Origin: Opitutia bacterium
GTDB taxonomy: Bacteria; Verrucomicrobiota; Verrucomicrobiia; Opitutales; T3Sed10-336
Assembly (NCBI GenBank): GCA_050506795.1
Contig: JBJHCF010000057.1
Coordinates: 1-27,931, forward strand
Length of the DNA stretch: 27,931 nucleotides
Direction of reading: 5' to 3'
Part shown: positions 27,201 to 27,931 of the stretch, one piece after another
Layout of the letters: every line of letters starts with the position of its first letter
Position numbering within the stretch: the first letter of the stretch is position 1
Position numbers and translations under genes: made by a program
The notes under the pieces: generated by a model
What the model saw: only the letters and a program-made list of their open reading frames with translations
What the model was told of the DNA's origin: nothing
Databases searched by the model: none

Positions 27201-27803
27201 CGAGGATCTGGAATTCGACCGCGACGATCCGGTCAACACCGGAGTAATCTCGTATGAAACGGTGGGATTCGCCGCTTTCGAAAGCGCCGCCATGCATCGG
27301 GTCGTCTACCGGGACCCCGAAACCGGGCGTGTATATCGATTCCTGACCACGCTGAGCGATCTGGATCCGGGGTTGATCGCGTTGCTGTACCTGCTTCGCT
27401 GGCGGATCGAAAAAGTCTTTGATATCTTCAAAAACAAACTACACGAAACCAAGGCTTGGGGCAACGGGCCGGTATGCCAGCAGATACAGTCCCAGTTCGT
27501 TTGCATGACCCAAAACCTGATCGTGTTGTTTTGTGAAACCCTCAAAGAGCGCTTTCAAATCGAACCGCTCAAGCTCTACAAGAAACGAGACAAAGCACTG
27601 GAAAAGCGCCGGAAAGAAGCCCGCCGAAAAGGCCGCTCGATCAACCCGATTCTTGAATTACTCCGAATTCCCACCCAGTTCTCGTGTCAGTTGATCAGGG
27701 CTCTTCGAAACGGAATTCGTTCCGGAAAACGATTCCTCGATCACTTACCCGGCTTCAGGCTCGCAATGGAGGCCTACTTTTGACGGGCGGAATGGACACC
27801 GTT
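27201..27803 (+). mobile_element. IS4-family element, 3' half (transposase C-terminus to stop at 27783 plus probable right end)
   Basis: Frame is open from the IS630 boundary: EDLEFDRDDPVNTGVIS..YRDPETGRVYRFLTT..YLLRWRIEKVFDIFK, a Y(2)R(3)E(6)K signature. Confidence 0.85.
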
Positions 27804-27804
27804 C

Positions 27805-27930
27805 CACGATTTCATCGTCCCGGAGAATATTGCCCTCACGCTTCTTCAGGTGTTTTCGGCATACCCGATAGCTCATGTTGTCCTTTGCGCGGCTAACCCA
27901 GTAAACTCCTCGCTCGTTGAGTTCGTGAAG
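27805..27930 (-). pseudogene. Second IS4-family transposase, internal fragment, interrupted at ~27804 and running off the window
   Basis: Minus strand reads LHELNERGVYWVSRAKDNMSYRVCRKHLKKREGNILRDDEIV, like the G..WVTRAKDN segment after the second catalytic Asp of IS4 transposases. Confidence 0.75.
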
Positions 27931-27931
27931 A

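Noticed and set aside
1..27931. CRISPR arrays, tRNA/rRNA, defence or phage genes
   Set aside because: No regularly spaced repeats, RNA gene signatures or such protein motifs were seen

Overview
Bacterial DNA, most likely Verrucomicrobiota (inferred from a typical Verrucomicrobia-style C-terminal domain and the gene content), carrying a ~24 kb glycan-utilisation locus without SusC/SusD and bounded by IS debris. It has two convergent arms. The + arm (474-11561) encodes two large paralogous secreted proteins of a family I cannot name (predicted alpha/alpha-barrel, shared NYPGYYY...GPD...YYHHI motif) flanking a sodium:solute symporter, followed by a GH78 alpha-L-rhamnosidase without a signal peptide. 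The - arm (24533-11819) encodes a collapsed beta-helix gene remnant, three GH110-like beta-helix paralogs sharing an unnamed N-terminal module, a DUF4832-type TIM-barrel glycosidase, an IS30 remnant and a secreted GH78. A 40-nt motif (32/40 identical) lies upstream of both arms, and a HutC-type GntR regulator is divergent from the - arm. The right end holds a GH39-like pseudogene, an intact IS630 and two nested IS4-family fragments. Two copies of a REP-like hairpin element show compensatory base changes. All family assignments come from motif recognition by eye, not from database searches.
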